Shown here piece by piece: positions 29,658 through 38,221 of a stretch of 64,000 nucleotides of DNA. The notes below the pieces were generated by a model. It saw only the letters and a program-made list of their open reading frames with translations. It searched no databases and was not told the DNA's origin. Position numbers and translations under genes: made by a program. The stretch comes from an uncultured virus (IMG/VR IMGVR_UViG_3300037067_017589). Lineage: Duplodnaviria > Heunggongvirae > Uroviricota > Caudoviricetes. Position 1 is the stretch's first letter; each line of letters begins with the position of its first letter. Where the stretch lies: IMG/VR virus record IMGVR_UViG_3300037067_017589; one strand, given 5' to 3'.

Positions 29658-31577
29658 TTAACCAACCATTTCTAAAAATTGTTTTTCTGATATTAGTGTG
29701 ATGTTATTTTTTCTAGCAGCTTCTGCTTTACTACTTGTACTATTTGAACTTTCCATAACTAAATAATCTAAATCTTTACTAACGGTTTTTTTTATTTCCC
29801 CTCCAGTATCAATAACCATTTTTTGTAATTTTGCTCTTGGAATTTCTGATTTTCCTGTAAAACAAAAACTTTTACCAGAAAGATTTCCTTTTATTTTTTC
29901 TTTTAAAGATACTCCTGCTGCTAAAATTCTATTAATTCTTTCTTCATTTTTATGAATTCCATTATAAAATATTAAAGCTTTCTTTTCTCCTAAACCAGGA
30001 ATATTTTCTAATTCATTAATTGATAATTTATATATTTTTAGTAAAGTATCATATCCTTCTGAAATAATTGATTTTGCTGTAGATGTAGCAACTCCATCAA
30101 TACACAATCCTCCAATTAGATTTTCTAAATAAATTGATTTGAATTTATTTAATTCATTAATTAGATTTTCAGCGCTTTTTTGTCCCATTCTATCAAGTTT
30201 GGAAATATCATCTACTGATAATTTATATAAATCATCAACATCTTTAACTAATCCAGAATCAATTAATTTTACTAAAATTGATTCTCCCCATTCTAAAATT
30301 CCCAATTCACTAATCCATTTATTAAGACGTCCAATAACTTTAGAAGGACAATCATTATTCGGACACTTTATATATTCTCCTGATTCAATTATATTAACAC
30401 TACATATAGGACATTTACATGGTGAATTAAAATATTTATCATTTCCATTTATAACTTTTTCTATATATGGAATTACATCATTTCTTCTAGAAACAACAAC
30501 TCTAGATCCTATATTAATTTTTAGTTCTTTTACTATTGTAAAATTGTGAAGACTTGCCCTTTTAATCTTAGCTCCCATTAATTCTACTTCATCAAATTCA
30601 GCTACTGGTGTAATTTGTCCACTATCACCAACTTGACAAACAATATTACGAATAATAGTTTCAGCTTCAGGTGCTTCAAATTTAAAAGCAACAGATCCGT
30701 TAGGTCTATGATTTTCTTCACCTAAAGCAAATTGTACTGAACGATTATTAATACGAATTACTAATCCGTCAATATCATAATTAAGCTTTTCACGTTTTCT
30801 ATTCATATATTCTTGCCATTGTTTTAATACAATATCTGAACTACCAATTATATAATTTGGAATATCAAACCCTAAATTTTCTATATAATTAAATGCTTGT
30901 TCTTCATAATCAAAATCTTTTCCTTCAATAGTATATGCAATAACAGAAAGGTGTTGAACACCTTGACCATCAATTCGTTTAGCTATTCCACTAGAAGCAT
31001 TACGTGGATTTGCCATTTCCGGGAAATGTTCTTTCCAATCAGAATGACGTAATATAATTTCACCACGAATATATCCTGTAAAATTATTATTAAGTTCTAA
31101 AGGAACTCCTTGCATTTTTATTACATTGCGAGAAATATCCTCACCAATTTCTCCAGATCCTCGTGTACTACCCTGTACAAATTTTCCATTATCATATTTT
31201 AATGAAATTGAAATTCCATCTAATTTTTCTGTAATCAAAAATTCAGAATTACATCTGGTAGAAGACCACTTAATAAATTCATCAGGAATATTTACTTTAT
31301 TTAAAGAAGGCATTGAAACTTCATGTTCTACTTTTGGCCATTTTCCATCTTTTGGAGGTGGAGCACCTACTCTACTTAAAGCGTCTTCAATTTTTGCTGC
31401 AAAAGATTTATCTGATTTATTTTTTTGTATAAAATTAATATACATTGTACGAAGTTGTACTTTTAATATATCATATTCAGGATCTTGAATTAATTTATTA
31501 TTATTATTATAATATTCTTCATCACAATTATCTATTTGTTCTAATAATTCTTTTAATTCTTTTTTACTAACTTGCAT
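29658..31577 (-). CDS. ligA: NAD-dependent DNA ligase
   Basis: EKLDG, TRGSG..GED, RGE, NPRN, DIDGLV, AFKF, zinc finger, HhH, BRCT (FCFTG). Confidence 0.96.
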   Translation of the reverse strand: MQVSKKELKELLEQIDNCDEEYYNNNNKLIQDPEYDILKVQLRTMYINFIQKNKSDKSFAAKIEDALSRVGAPPPKDGKWPKVEHEVSMPSLNKVNIPDEFIKWSSTRCNSEFLITEKLDGISISLKYDNGKFVQGSTRGSGEIGEDISRNVIKMQGVPLELNNNFTGYIRGEIILRHSDWKEHFPEMANPRNASSGIAKRIDGQGVQHLSVIAYTIEGKDFDYEEQAFNYIENLGFDIPNYIIGSSDIVLKQWQEYMNRKREKLNYDIDGLVIRINNRSVQFALGEENHRPNGSVAFKFEAPEAETIIRNIVCQVGDSGQITPVAEFDEVELMGAKIKRASLHNFTIVKELKINIGSRVVVSRRNDVIPYIEKVINGNDKYFNSPCKCPICSVNIIESGEYIKCPNNDCPSKVIGRLNKWISELGILEWGESILVKLIDSGLVKDVDDLYKLSVDDISKLDRMGQKSAENLINELNKFKSIYLENLIGGLCIDGVATSTAKSIISEGYDTLLKIYKLSINELENIPGLGEKKALIFYNGIHKNEERINRILAAGVSLKEKIKGNLSGKSFCFTGKSEIPRAKLQKMVIDTGGEIKKTVSKDLDYLVMESSNSTSSKAEAARKNNITLISEKQFLEMVG

Positions 31578-31586
31578 AAATATTTC

Positions 31587-31871
31587 CTATTTAGAATTTT
31601 TAAGTTTTAACATTTGTTCTTTATAAATTTTTATTGAAAGAGTTGGGCCATCTGGATGATATTCTGTTCTTTCTAATGTAGATTTTCCATTTTTATTAAT
31701 TTCTTTATTTATAATTCTTGCATGAAATTCTATATTACTTCCTGCAATAATACCAGCTACTGGTCCAATTTCTTTTGATTTATAAGTTCCAATTACAATG
31801 TAATATGGTTTGTCTTCAATTTTTTTTACATTAAGTCTATTAAATAATTTTTTTAATTCTGGAATATTCAT
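31587..31871 (-). CDS. hypothetical protein
   Basis: 94 aa ORF. Confidence 0.65.
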   Translation of the reverse strand: MNIPELKKLFNRLNVKKIEDKPYYIVIGTYKSKEIGPVAGIIAGSNIEFHARIINKEINKNGKSTLERTEYHPDGPTLSIKIYKEQMLKLKNSK

Positions 31872-31956
31872 AGTGTTATTTTTACCATTCTAACAAATAA
31901 AAGTCAAGAGTTTTTTCACTCTTGATATAATCAATTAATATCTTGATATTTATATT

Positions 31957-32406
31957 ATGGAGAATTTGGAACGATTAGAAAAATATGCTTCTCTTTTTTT
32001 AGAGGCTTCTAAAAGTCCTCGTGCAGATTATATGCGTGAATATATGAAAAATAGATATCATAATACTAGAAATAAAATTACAGATACTCTTGGAGGACAA
32101 TGTGCAAGATGTGGTTCAATTGAAGGGCCATTCCATTTTGACCATAAAAATAAAAAAAAGAAAACAATGCGCGCATCTGATTTGCACTCTGTTAATGATG
32201 AAAAATTTAATTCAGAATTGAAAAATTTACAATTACTATGTCCAGAATGCCATAAAGAAAAAACTAAAGAATCTTGGGATTATGCAACTCCAAAACCAAC
32301 ACATGGAACTTATTGGATGTATAAAAAACACAGATGTAGATGTCCAAAATGTGTAGAAGCTTATACAGAATCTCAAAAAAAATGGCGTAAAAATAAAAAT
32401 AAATAA
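31957..32406 (+). CDS. HNH endonuclease
   Basis: LGGQCARCG...FHFDH...QLLCPECH, C-terminal HGT..MY..HRCRCPKC. Confidence 0.85.
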   Translation: MENLERLEKYASLFLEASKSPRADYMREYMKNRYHNTRNKITDTLGGQCARCGSIEGPFHFDHKNKKKKTMRASDLHSVNDEKFNSELKNLQLLCPECHKEKTKESWDYATPKPTHGTYWMYKKHRCRCPKCVEAYTESQKKWRKNKNK

Positions 32407-32450
32407 TTATAATTATTTAAAATTTTCATTTAAATTAGAAAATAAATATA

Positions 32451-33371
32451 TTATTTATAAAAAATTGAAATTAAATAATAAATAATTCCCATTATAGTTG
32501 TTAAAATTAATATAAAGATATTATTTTTTTGATCTTGTTTATTAATTTTAAAAATAGATAAATCACCTTTAATACATAAACTTTTTTTTGTTTCTTCATT
32601 TGTCAAAATTATTCGTTGTAAAACTGGAAAATTTTCATGAAAAGAAGAATCATCTGTTAATAATGTAGATTTAAAATCTGGAACATTTTTCAAATCTACA
32701 TTTTGCAATTCAGTTGAGCGAAGAGTTACAGGTTCTAATTCTGTAACTAATTCATCAATTCTATTCATAAAATCATTATAGTTTTTCACAACACCATCTG
32801 TATATTTTTTTTCATTACCTGTATAATACCCACCAATTTTTAATTCATGAGAAAATCCTTCAGGATCTCCTTCTAGAACTTTTTGCCAAGCTAATTTATA
32901 TCTTGTTTTTTCTGAAAGAAATCTTATATAATTTTCAGCTCCATCTTCTAATGTTTTAAATGCTTGAAATTTACTCCAAGGATGACCAGGTAGTATTATA
33001 ACAGAAGTCCAATCTTTTCCATTTTTTTTATAAACACTTATAATTTTTACCAAATCAGGAGTTTCAGATATTAATTTATTTGCTTGTTCAAGTGATATTT
33101 CTTCACCACATTTAAACATTGTAAATAATTCATTATCTATTTTTGATTTTGTATTACCAAAATTAAAATCAATAAAACCAACTTGGAATTTTCCAGTTTC
33201 CAATTTTGTTTTTGCCCACAAACACGCTAAAGATTTATCAGATGGATATTTTTTAAAAATTCTTTTCCAAGCATTTCTTAATGCTTGAGCTGCTTCTCTT
33301 TCTGTAATCTTCTTTTTTTCTGGTGATATATAATTTATATTATCAAATAATGTTGTCATATTTTTTTCCAT
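32451..33371 (-). CDS. GH73/FlgJ-like peptidoglycan hydrolase with C-terminal transmembrane helix
   Basis: A...LETG, NFGN.K, FQAFKTLEDG...Y..FL...RY, F..ELK.GGYYT; hydrophobic C-terminus. Confidence 0.7.
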   Translation of the reverse strand: MEKNMTTLFDNINYISPEKKKITEREAAQALRNAWKRIFKKYPSDKSLACLWAKTKLETGKFQVGFIDFNFGNTKSKIDNELFTMFKCGEEISLEQANKLISETPDLVKIISVYKKNGKDWTSVIILPGHPWSKFQAFKTLEDGAENYIRFLSEKTRYKLAWQKVLEGDPEGFSHELKIGGYYTGNEKKYTDGVVKNYNDFMNRIDELVTELEPVTLRSTELQNVDLKNVPDFKSTLLTDDSSFHENFPVLQRIILTNEETKKSLCIKGDLSIFKINKQDQKNNIFILILTTIMGIIYYLISIFYK

Positions 33372-33384
33372 TGTGTATTTTCTT

Positions 33385-33556
33385 GTGAACTAACCTTACA
33401 TTTAAGTGATGGTAGTTCACTTTATTATTCCTTGTAATGATATAATTTATATTGAAAAATTAGCATAATTATTTTTGTAATATTCTTTGATTTTATAAAA
33501 TAATAAAATTCCATAGCAATTCATTCCTAATCTAAAGGGGCTTCTTGCACGTTAGA
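33385..33556 (-). mobile_element. degenerate IS200/IS605 remnant (left end, tnpB start, inverted double right end)
   Basis: TTTAA then TCTAACGTGCAAGAAG; homology to 14870-14992; GTGAACTA...TAGTTCAC at 33385-33420. Confidence 0.8.
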
Positions 33557-33578
33557 TTAAAATGCTAATTATTATTAA

Positions 33579-33707
33579 TTAATTGCGTTTTTTTTTTAAT
33601 TTCCTAGCTGCTTTATTTTTATTTCTAAGTTTTCGTTTTTCAACAGCTTCCTTTTCAAGAAAATTTAAAACTTCTTCTTCTAACTTTTTGGTAAAAATAT
33701 TTTCCAT
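33579..33707 (-). CDS. small basic protein (42 aa)
   Basis: GAGG RBS; MENIFTKKLEEEVLNFLEKEAVEKRKLRNKNKAARKLKKKRN. Confidence 0.55.
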   Translation of the reverse strand: MENIFTKKLEEEVLNFLEKEAVEKRKLRNKNKAARKLKKKRN

Positions 33708-33725
33708 AATTTCCTCAAACTTTAA

Positions 33726-34020
33726 CCTTTTCAACAAGAAGTCCCTTTCATTTAGGGAGGGATGAATTGTTGTTAAACTTTTTCTTTATTTCTAGAAATT
33801 TCTTGATATATTCTAAATAAAAGATCATATGATGCTATTTTTTAGCACAAACCCTCTTTGAGGTTTAATTCAAATATATGATGTGATCTTTTTAGAAAAA
33901 TGAATAAAAATTTTAATTATTAAACATTTATTGCCTAGAACAGGATATTGAGGATAATCCTCAATATGTTGGAACCATGGGGATCCAAGAAACCCTTACC
34001 TTTAGGTAAGGATAATTCAC
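33726..34020 (+). mobile_element. complete non-autonomous IS200/IS605 derivative (295 bp)
   Basis: TTTAA at 33721-33725, left end CCTTTTCAACAAGAAGTCCC, ends TTCAC. Confidence 0.9.
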
Positions 34021-34036
34021 TTAGAATTATACATAT

Positions 34037-34066
34037 AATTTCTCGACATAAAATTTCTCGACATAA
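34037..34066. repeat. 15-bp direct tandem repeat x2
   Basis: AATTTCTCGACATAA twice. Confidence 0.9.
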
Positions 34067-34070
34067 AATC

Positions 34071-34098
34071 AGTATACAGTTTTTTACATATCGGTCAA
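34071..34098 (-). promoter_or_regulatory. leftward sigma70-type promoter
   Basis: TTGACC-N16-TATACT. Confidence 0.6.
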
Positions 34099-34160
34099 GA
34101 AATTTTTTTTACAAATTATACAACTTAATATTACGCAGGCATATTTTTGTATTTATTTAA

Positions 34161-34205
34161 TCTAACGTGCAAGAAGTCCCTTTCCTTTAGGTGAGGGTAG
34201 TTCAC
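34161..34205 (+). mobile_element. 45-bp minimal IS derivative (left end fused to right end)
   Basis: TTTAA|TCTAACGTGCAAGAAGTCCCTTTCCTTTAGGTGAGGGTAGTTCAC. Confidence 0.85.
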
Positions 34206-34300
34206 ATATCTATTAGGAGATTAAACTAATAAAATTAAAAGAATCTTCTTGGTAATATCAATGGCATAATTTTATATTTTATAAAATAACAAGGAATTTT

Positions 34301-36634
34301 ATGGTAAATCCAATAGGCTTATCAATTACTGGAAGTGGAACAGGATCAACAAGATTATCTTTTGGCACATTAGAAGAAAATAAACCAATTATAGTTATTG
34401 ATAATAATATTATTAGTACTAATATATTATCTATTGATTCATTTATAACAAATTCACTTACAACAAAAGAAATTACAATAGATAATGTACCAAATGATGC
34501 TATTTTAACAATAAAAGGCGGATCTGTTGGAAATTCTATTATAAATTTTGGTGATGAAATAGATTATAATAAAGGTAGATTAACTTATTTTAATACAGCT
34601 AAACAATTTCAATTAGCAGTAGATAATACTTATATATTAACATTAAATACAACAACGTTTTATCCAAATACAACTGGTAATATATATTTGGGAAGTTCAT
34701 CAAATTGTTTTAAAGCATTATTTTGTCAAGATTATATTTATGTTTGTGAATCAGGTGCTACTCCATTACCTCCTATAGCTTATGATATTAATGATAAATT
34801 AAGAATAACAGGTATTGATCAATCGAACATTTCACTTGTTAGTAGTACTACACAATCAATAATGTTTGGTGATAGTTCTGCTAAATCAAGTGGAAGAATT
34901 AAATATAATCATACAAATGATGAATTTTTATTTACTGCTAATGGAATAGAAACGGCAATATTAGATGATGATAAATTTGGACCAACTCTTTCAACTAACA
35001 ATATAGATTTTGGAACAGCGTTAACACGCTGGAGACATTTATATATGTTTGGCACATTAGATATAGAATCAAATTCAGCTGCTAATATAAAAATAAAAGC
35101 AGATACATATATTTCTAATTGTTATATAAAATTTGGTACTAAAACAAATGATTCTGTTGGACAAATAAAATTAGATAATAGTGTACCAGCTTTTAATTTT
35201 TTCATTGCTACATCTCCTGATACGTTAGGAACTAATGAATTAACACTTACTTCATCATCATTATATCCTACTACTACAGCTGGATTAACATTAGGTACAT
35301 CATCATTTCGTTGGGGTGATTTATATATTAATAATGTATTAGATATTGAATCTAGTTCTGGTTCAGCTTATATAGAAATAAAATCAGAAGATATTGGAGA
35401 TGATTCATATATAAAATTTGGTATTGCAGCAAATGATAATCTTGGACAAATTAGATTTGATACTACTAATAATTTATTTAATTTTTCTATTACAACAGTA
35501 GGTACAGATGAAAAATTATCCCTTACTACTACATCTTTATATCCATATACTATAGCTGGATTAACATTAGGAACTTCAGAATTTCGTTGGGGAACTTTAT
35601 ATAATAGTGGTATTATTGATTGCAAATCTAGTACTGGTGTATCTTATATAAGATTGCAATCAAAAGATATGGATTATAATTCTACAATATATTTTGGAAC
35701 AAATTTAGCTTATAATAAAGGATCTATATCAGTTAATACTTTACTTAATGATATGACAATATCATCAGATAATGATATTATATTAAAAGCTAATAGTAAA
35801 TATATTACATTTGATGGTGATGTATTATATTCAACAATAACAAATCTTATAGATTTAGGAAATTCTACACATTATTGGAATTATTTATATTCAACTAATA
35901 TAAATGCAAAAGAAATTATAATAACACCATTAACAGCTGGATCTAGTACAAATATATATTTAAAACCTGCTAGTTCAACTATTAATGCTAAAATACATAT
36001 GGGTGCAAATGATCTTTGTGAAATTAGTTATTATGAAAGTTCAAAAACTATTAGTATTTTAAGTGATTCTTTATTAGAATATGGTATAATTATTAACCAA
36101 ACTAATTTATATCCAAAACCTGCTAATACTTTAAATCTTGGTTCATCTTCAAATAAATGGAATACAATTTATGCAGTAACTGGTACAATTGATACATCAG
36201 ATGAAAGAAATAAAAAAGATATAGTTCCAATAGATAATAAAATTTTAGATGCTTGGGGAGATATATCTATAATTTTTTATAAATGGATAAATTCCGTTGA
36301 AGAAAAAGGATATAATGCAAGAATACATTCTGGATTAATTTCACAAAGAATTAAAGAAGCATTTGCTAATCATGGATTGGATGCTCATCAATATGGTTTG
36401 TTTTGTTATGATGAATGGCCAGAAAAAATAGAAGAATCTGTGAAAAAATTAGAAGATGGTACTGAAAAAATTATAGAAAAAATAATTCCTGCTGGAAATT
36501 GTTATGGGATCAGATCAACAGAATGTTTATTTGTTGAAGCTGCCTATCAACGTCGTAGAGCTGATCGTATAGAAGAAAAATTAACAGCATTTGAAACAAA
36601 GTTAACAAATATTGAAGCAAAATTAAATAGTTAA
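34301..36634 (+). CDS. tail fibre/spike protein with C-terminal S74 intramolecular chaperone
   Basis: YP......LG....RW..LY repeats; TSDERNK, HSGLISQ, YGLFCYD, terminal coiled coil. Confidence 0.88.
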   Translation: MVNPIGLSITGSGTGSTRLSFGTLEENKPIIVIDNNIISTNILSIDSFITNSLTTKEITIDNVPNDAILTIKGGSVGNSIINFGDEIDYNKGRLTYFNTAKQFQLAVDNTYILTLNTTTFYPNTTGNIYLGSSSNCFKALFCQDYIYVCESGATPLPPIAYDINDKLRITGIDQSNISLVSSTTQSIMFGDSSAKSSGRIKYNHTNDEFLFTANGIETAILDDDKFGPTLSTNNIDFGTALTRWRHLYMFGTLDIESNSAANIKIKADTYISNCYIKFGTKTNDSVGQIKLDNSVPAFNFFIATSPDTLGTNELTLTSSSLYPTTTAGLTLGTSSFRWGDLYINNVLDIESSSGSAYIEIKSEDIGDDSYIKFGIAANDNLGQIRFDTTNNLFNFSITTVGTDEKLSLTTTSLYPYTIAGLTLGTSEFRWGTLYNSGIIDCKSSTGVSYIRLQSKDMDYNSTIYFGTNLAYNKGSISVNTLLNDMTISSDNDIILKANSKYITFDGDVLYSTITNLIDLGNSTHYWNYLYSTNINAKEIIITPLTAGSSTNIYLKPASSTINAKIHMGANDLCEISYYESSKTISILSDSLLEYGIIINQTNLYPKPANTLNLGSSSNKWNTIYAVTGTIDTSDERNKKDIVPIDNKILDAWGDISIIFYKWINSVEEKGYNARIHSGLISQRIKEAFANHGLDAHQYGLFCYDEWPEKIEESVKKLEDGTEKIIEKIIPAGNCYGIRSTECLFVEAAYQRRRADRIEEKLTAFETKLTNIEAKLNS

Positions 36635-36652
36635 TATATTAAAAGGAGATCT

Positions 36653-37621
36653 ATGGTTAATCCATTAGGAATTGTAATTAGAGGTGGTACAAATAATAAA
36701 AGATTAGCTTTCGGTTCAATAACCGTAGATATGCCTTTATCAATTAATAGTAGTAATGAAATTGTTAGTATTAGTGGAATTTCACCAAGTGGTTCTGCTG
36801 GAGGTGATTTATCAGGAACATATCCAAATCCAAATGTAGGGAAAATACATTCTGGAAGTACTCAACTTACAATTGGAACAATTACTGATAATCAAATTTT
36901 AATAAGAAATGGGACCTCAATAACAAGTCAGTCAATGTCAACATATAATTTAAGTGGTGTGTTAAGTATTAATAATACTACTAACGGACAAGATATACAA
37001 TTTACAAATTCATCAAAATTAATAGCAACTAATACATTATATATTAAAGTGAGTACAAGTCCTATATTATCACCTGGTAGAATTGATTTAACTTCAGATA
37101 ATAGTATTATTGATATTTCTACAAGCAATTTATATACTGGAACAAGCTCTTCAAAAGCTCTTCGTTTATCTACTGGTACTTCAATTGGTGGTACTACTGG
37201 TAATCTTACTTTATTTACAGGGTCATCTGCTGTTTCTAATTCAGGAGATATATATTTAAATACTGGTAATGCTAGTGGAACTAGTCATAATACTGGTAAT
37301 ATAAATATTTCAACTTCAGATTTATCTCCAGCAACCGGAACTTCTGGTAGTATAAATTTAACAACAGGAAGTGCTAGTACTGGAAATAGTGGTAATATAT
37401 ATTTTGCAACAGGAGATGGTGGTAGTGGAACCACTGGTGCAGGTCATATAAAATTATTTACTGGTGCAGGTGCAAGTGGTAATGCTGGTTCTATTTTAAT
37501 AAAAACAGGAGTTAAAGGAAACGGATCAATAGGTAGAATTTGTGTATATACACCAATTGATTCATATGCTGATATTATAGAAACCATTGCTTATGGTGAA
37601 ATTGGAGATTTTGCTAAATAA
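36653..37621 (+). CDS. virion fibre-like protein
   Basis: MVNPLG start like 34301, AGGDLSGTYPNP.V motif, G.I.L.TG repeats. Confidence 0.7.
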   Translation: MVNPLGIVIRGGTNNKRLAFGSITVDMPLSINSSNEIVSISGISPSGSAGGDLSGTYPNPNVGKIHSGSTQLTIGTITDNQILIRNGTSITSQSMSTYNLSGVLSINNTTNGQDIQFTNSSKLIATNTLYIKVSTSPILSPGRIDLTSDNSIIDISTSNLYTGTSSSKALRLSTGTSIGGTTGNLTLFTGSSAVSNSGDIYLNTGNASGTSHNTGNINISTSDLSPATGTSGSINLTTGSASTGNSGNIYFATGDGGSGTTGAGHIKLFTGAGASGNAGSILIKTGVKGNGSIGRICVYTPIDSYADIIETIAYGEIGDFAK

Positions 37622-37638
37622 TTAAGGATATATTTATT

Positions 37639-38148
37639 ATGACTGAACTATCAAAAATACAAAGAGTTTCTGAACAATGGAATATATCAGTTCCAGTATT
37701 AGCAAATACATGGCATGGATTTGTTATTAATAAAGAAACATTAAATATGCCAGTAATTACTGGTATAGCTACTAATGAAAAATTACCAACAACAGGTGCT
37801 AATTATGATGTTGCATATCTTGTAAAAGTAAATGCTTTATCTATTATAAGTGGTATTGTAGGTGCAAATGGAGCAAAAAGTCAAATTGCAGGTTTATCTT
37901 GGTCAAATACTTATAGTGAATTATTACCAACTCCATTACCAGTATCTCAAACAAATGATGTTTTTGTTAATTCAAATTATTTTAATATATATATTATAGG
38001 ACATACTAATCAAATACCACCAATGTCTGGTTCTCCTTCTATAACAAATAATGAAATAAATGTTTTAATAAGAACATTAGTTCCTATTTCTAAAGCAAAA
38101 TTCAAATTATTTATAGAAATATTTGCATTTGGAGATAATACAATATAA
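37639..38148 (+). CDS. hypothetical protein, probably virion-associated
   Basis: 169 aa within the fibre cluster. Confidence 0.65.
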   Translation: MTELSKIQRVSEQWNISVPVLANTWHGFVINKETLNMPVITGIATNEKLPTTGANYDVAYLVKVNALSIISGIVGANGAKSQIAGLSWSNTYSELLPTPLPVSQTNDVFVNSNYFNIYIIGHTNQIPPMSGSPSITNNEINVLIRTLVPISKAKFKLFIEIFAFGDNTI

Positions 38149-38221
38149 TTAAAATAGAAATAATAACTAATTATTTTTTTGTACATAATTTGGCATTTGG
38201 ATAGCAATTTGAGGATGCCAT

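Noticed and set aside
33948..34160. ORFs inside the cassettes (33948, 22082, N-terminus of 57229, N-terminus of 56319)
   Set aside because: They are readings of non-coding element DNA and are not conserved as frames across copies.
26731..38200. Late-promoter motif of the type AAT-N4-RGCAT/RGATAT upstream of putative virion genes
   Set aside because: Suggestive at several sites but too degenerate to support in such AT-rich DNA without a motif search.
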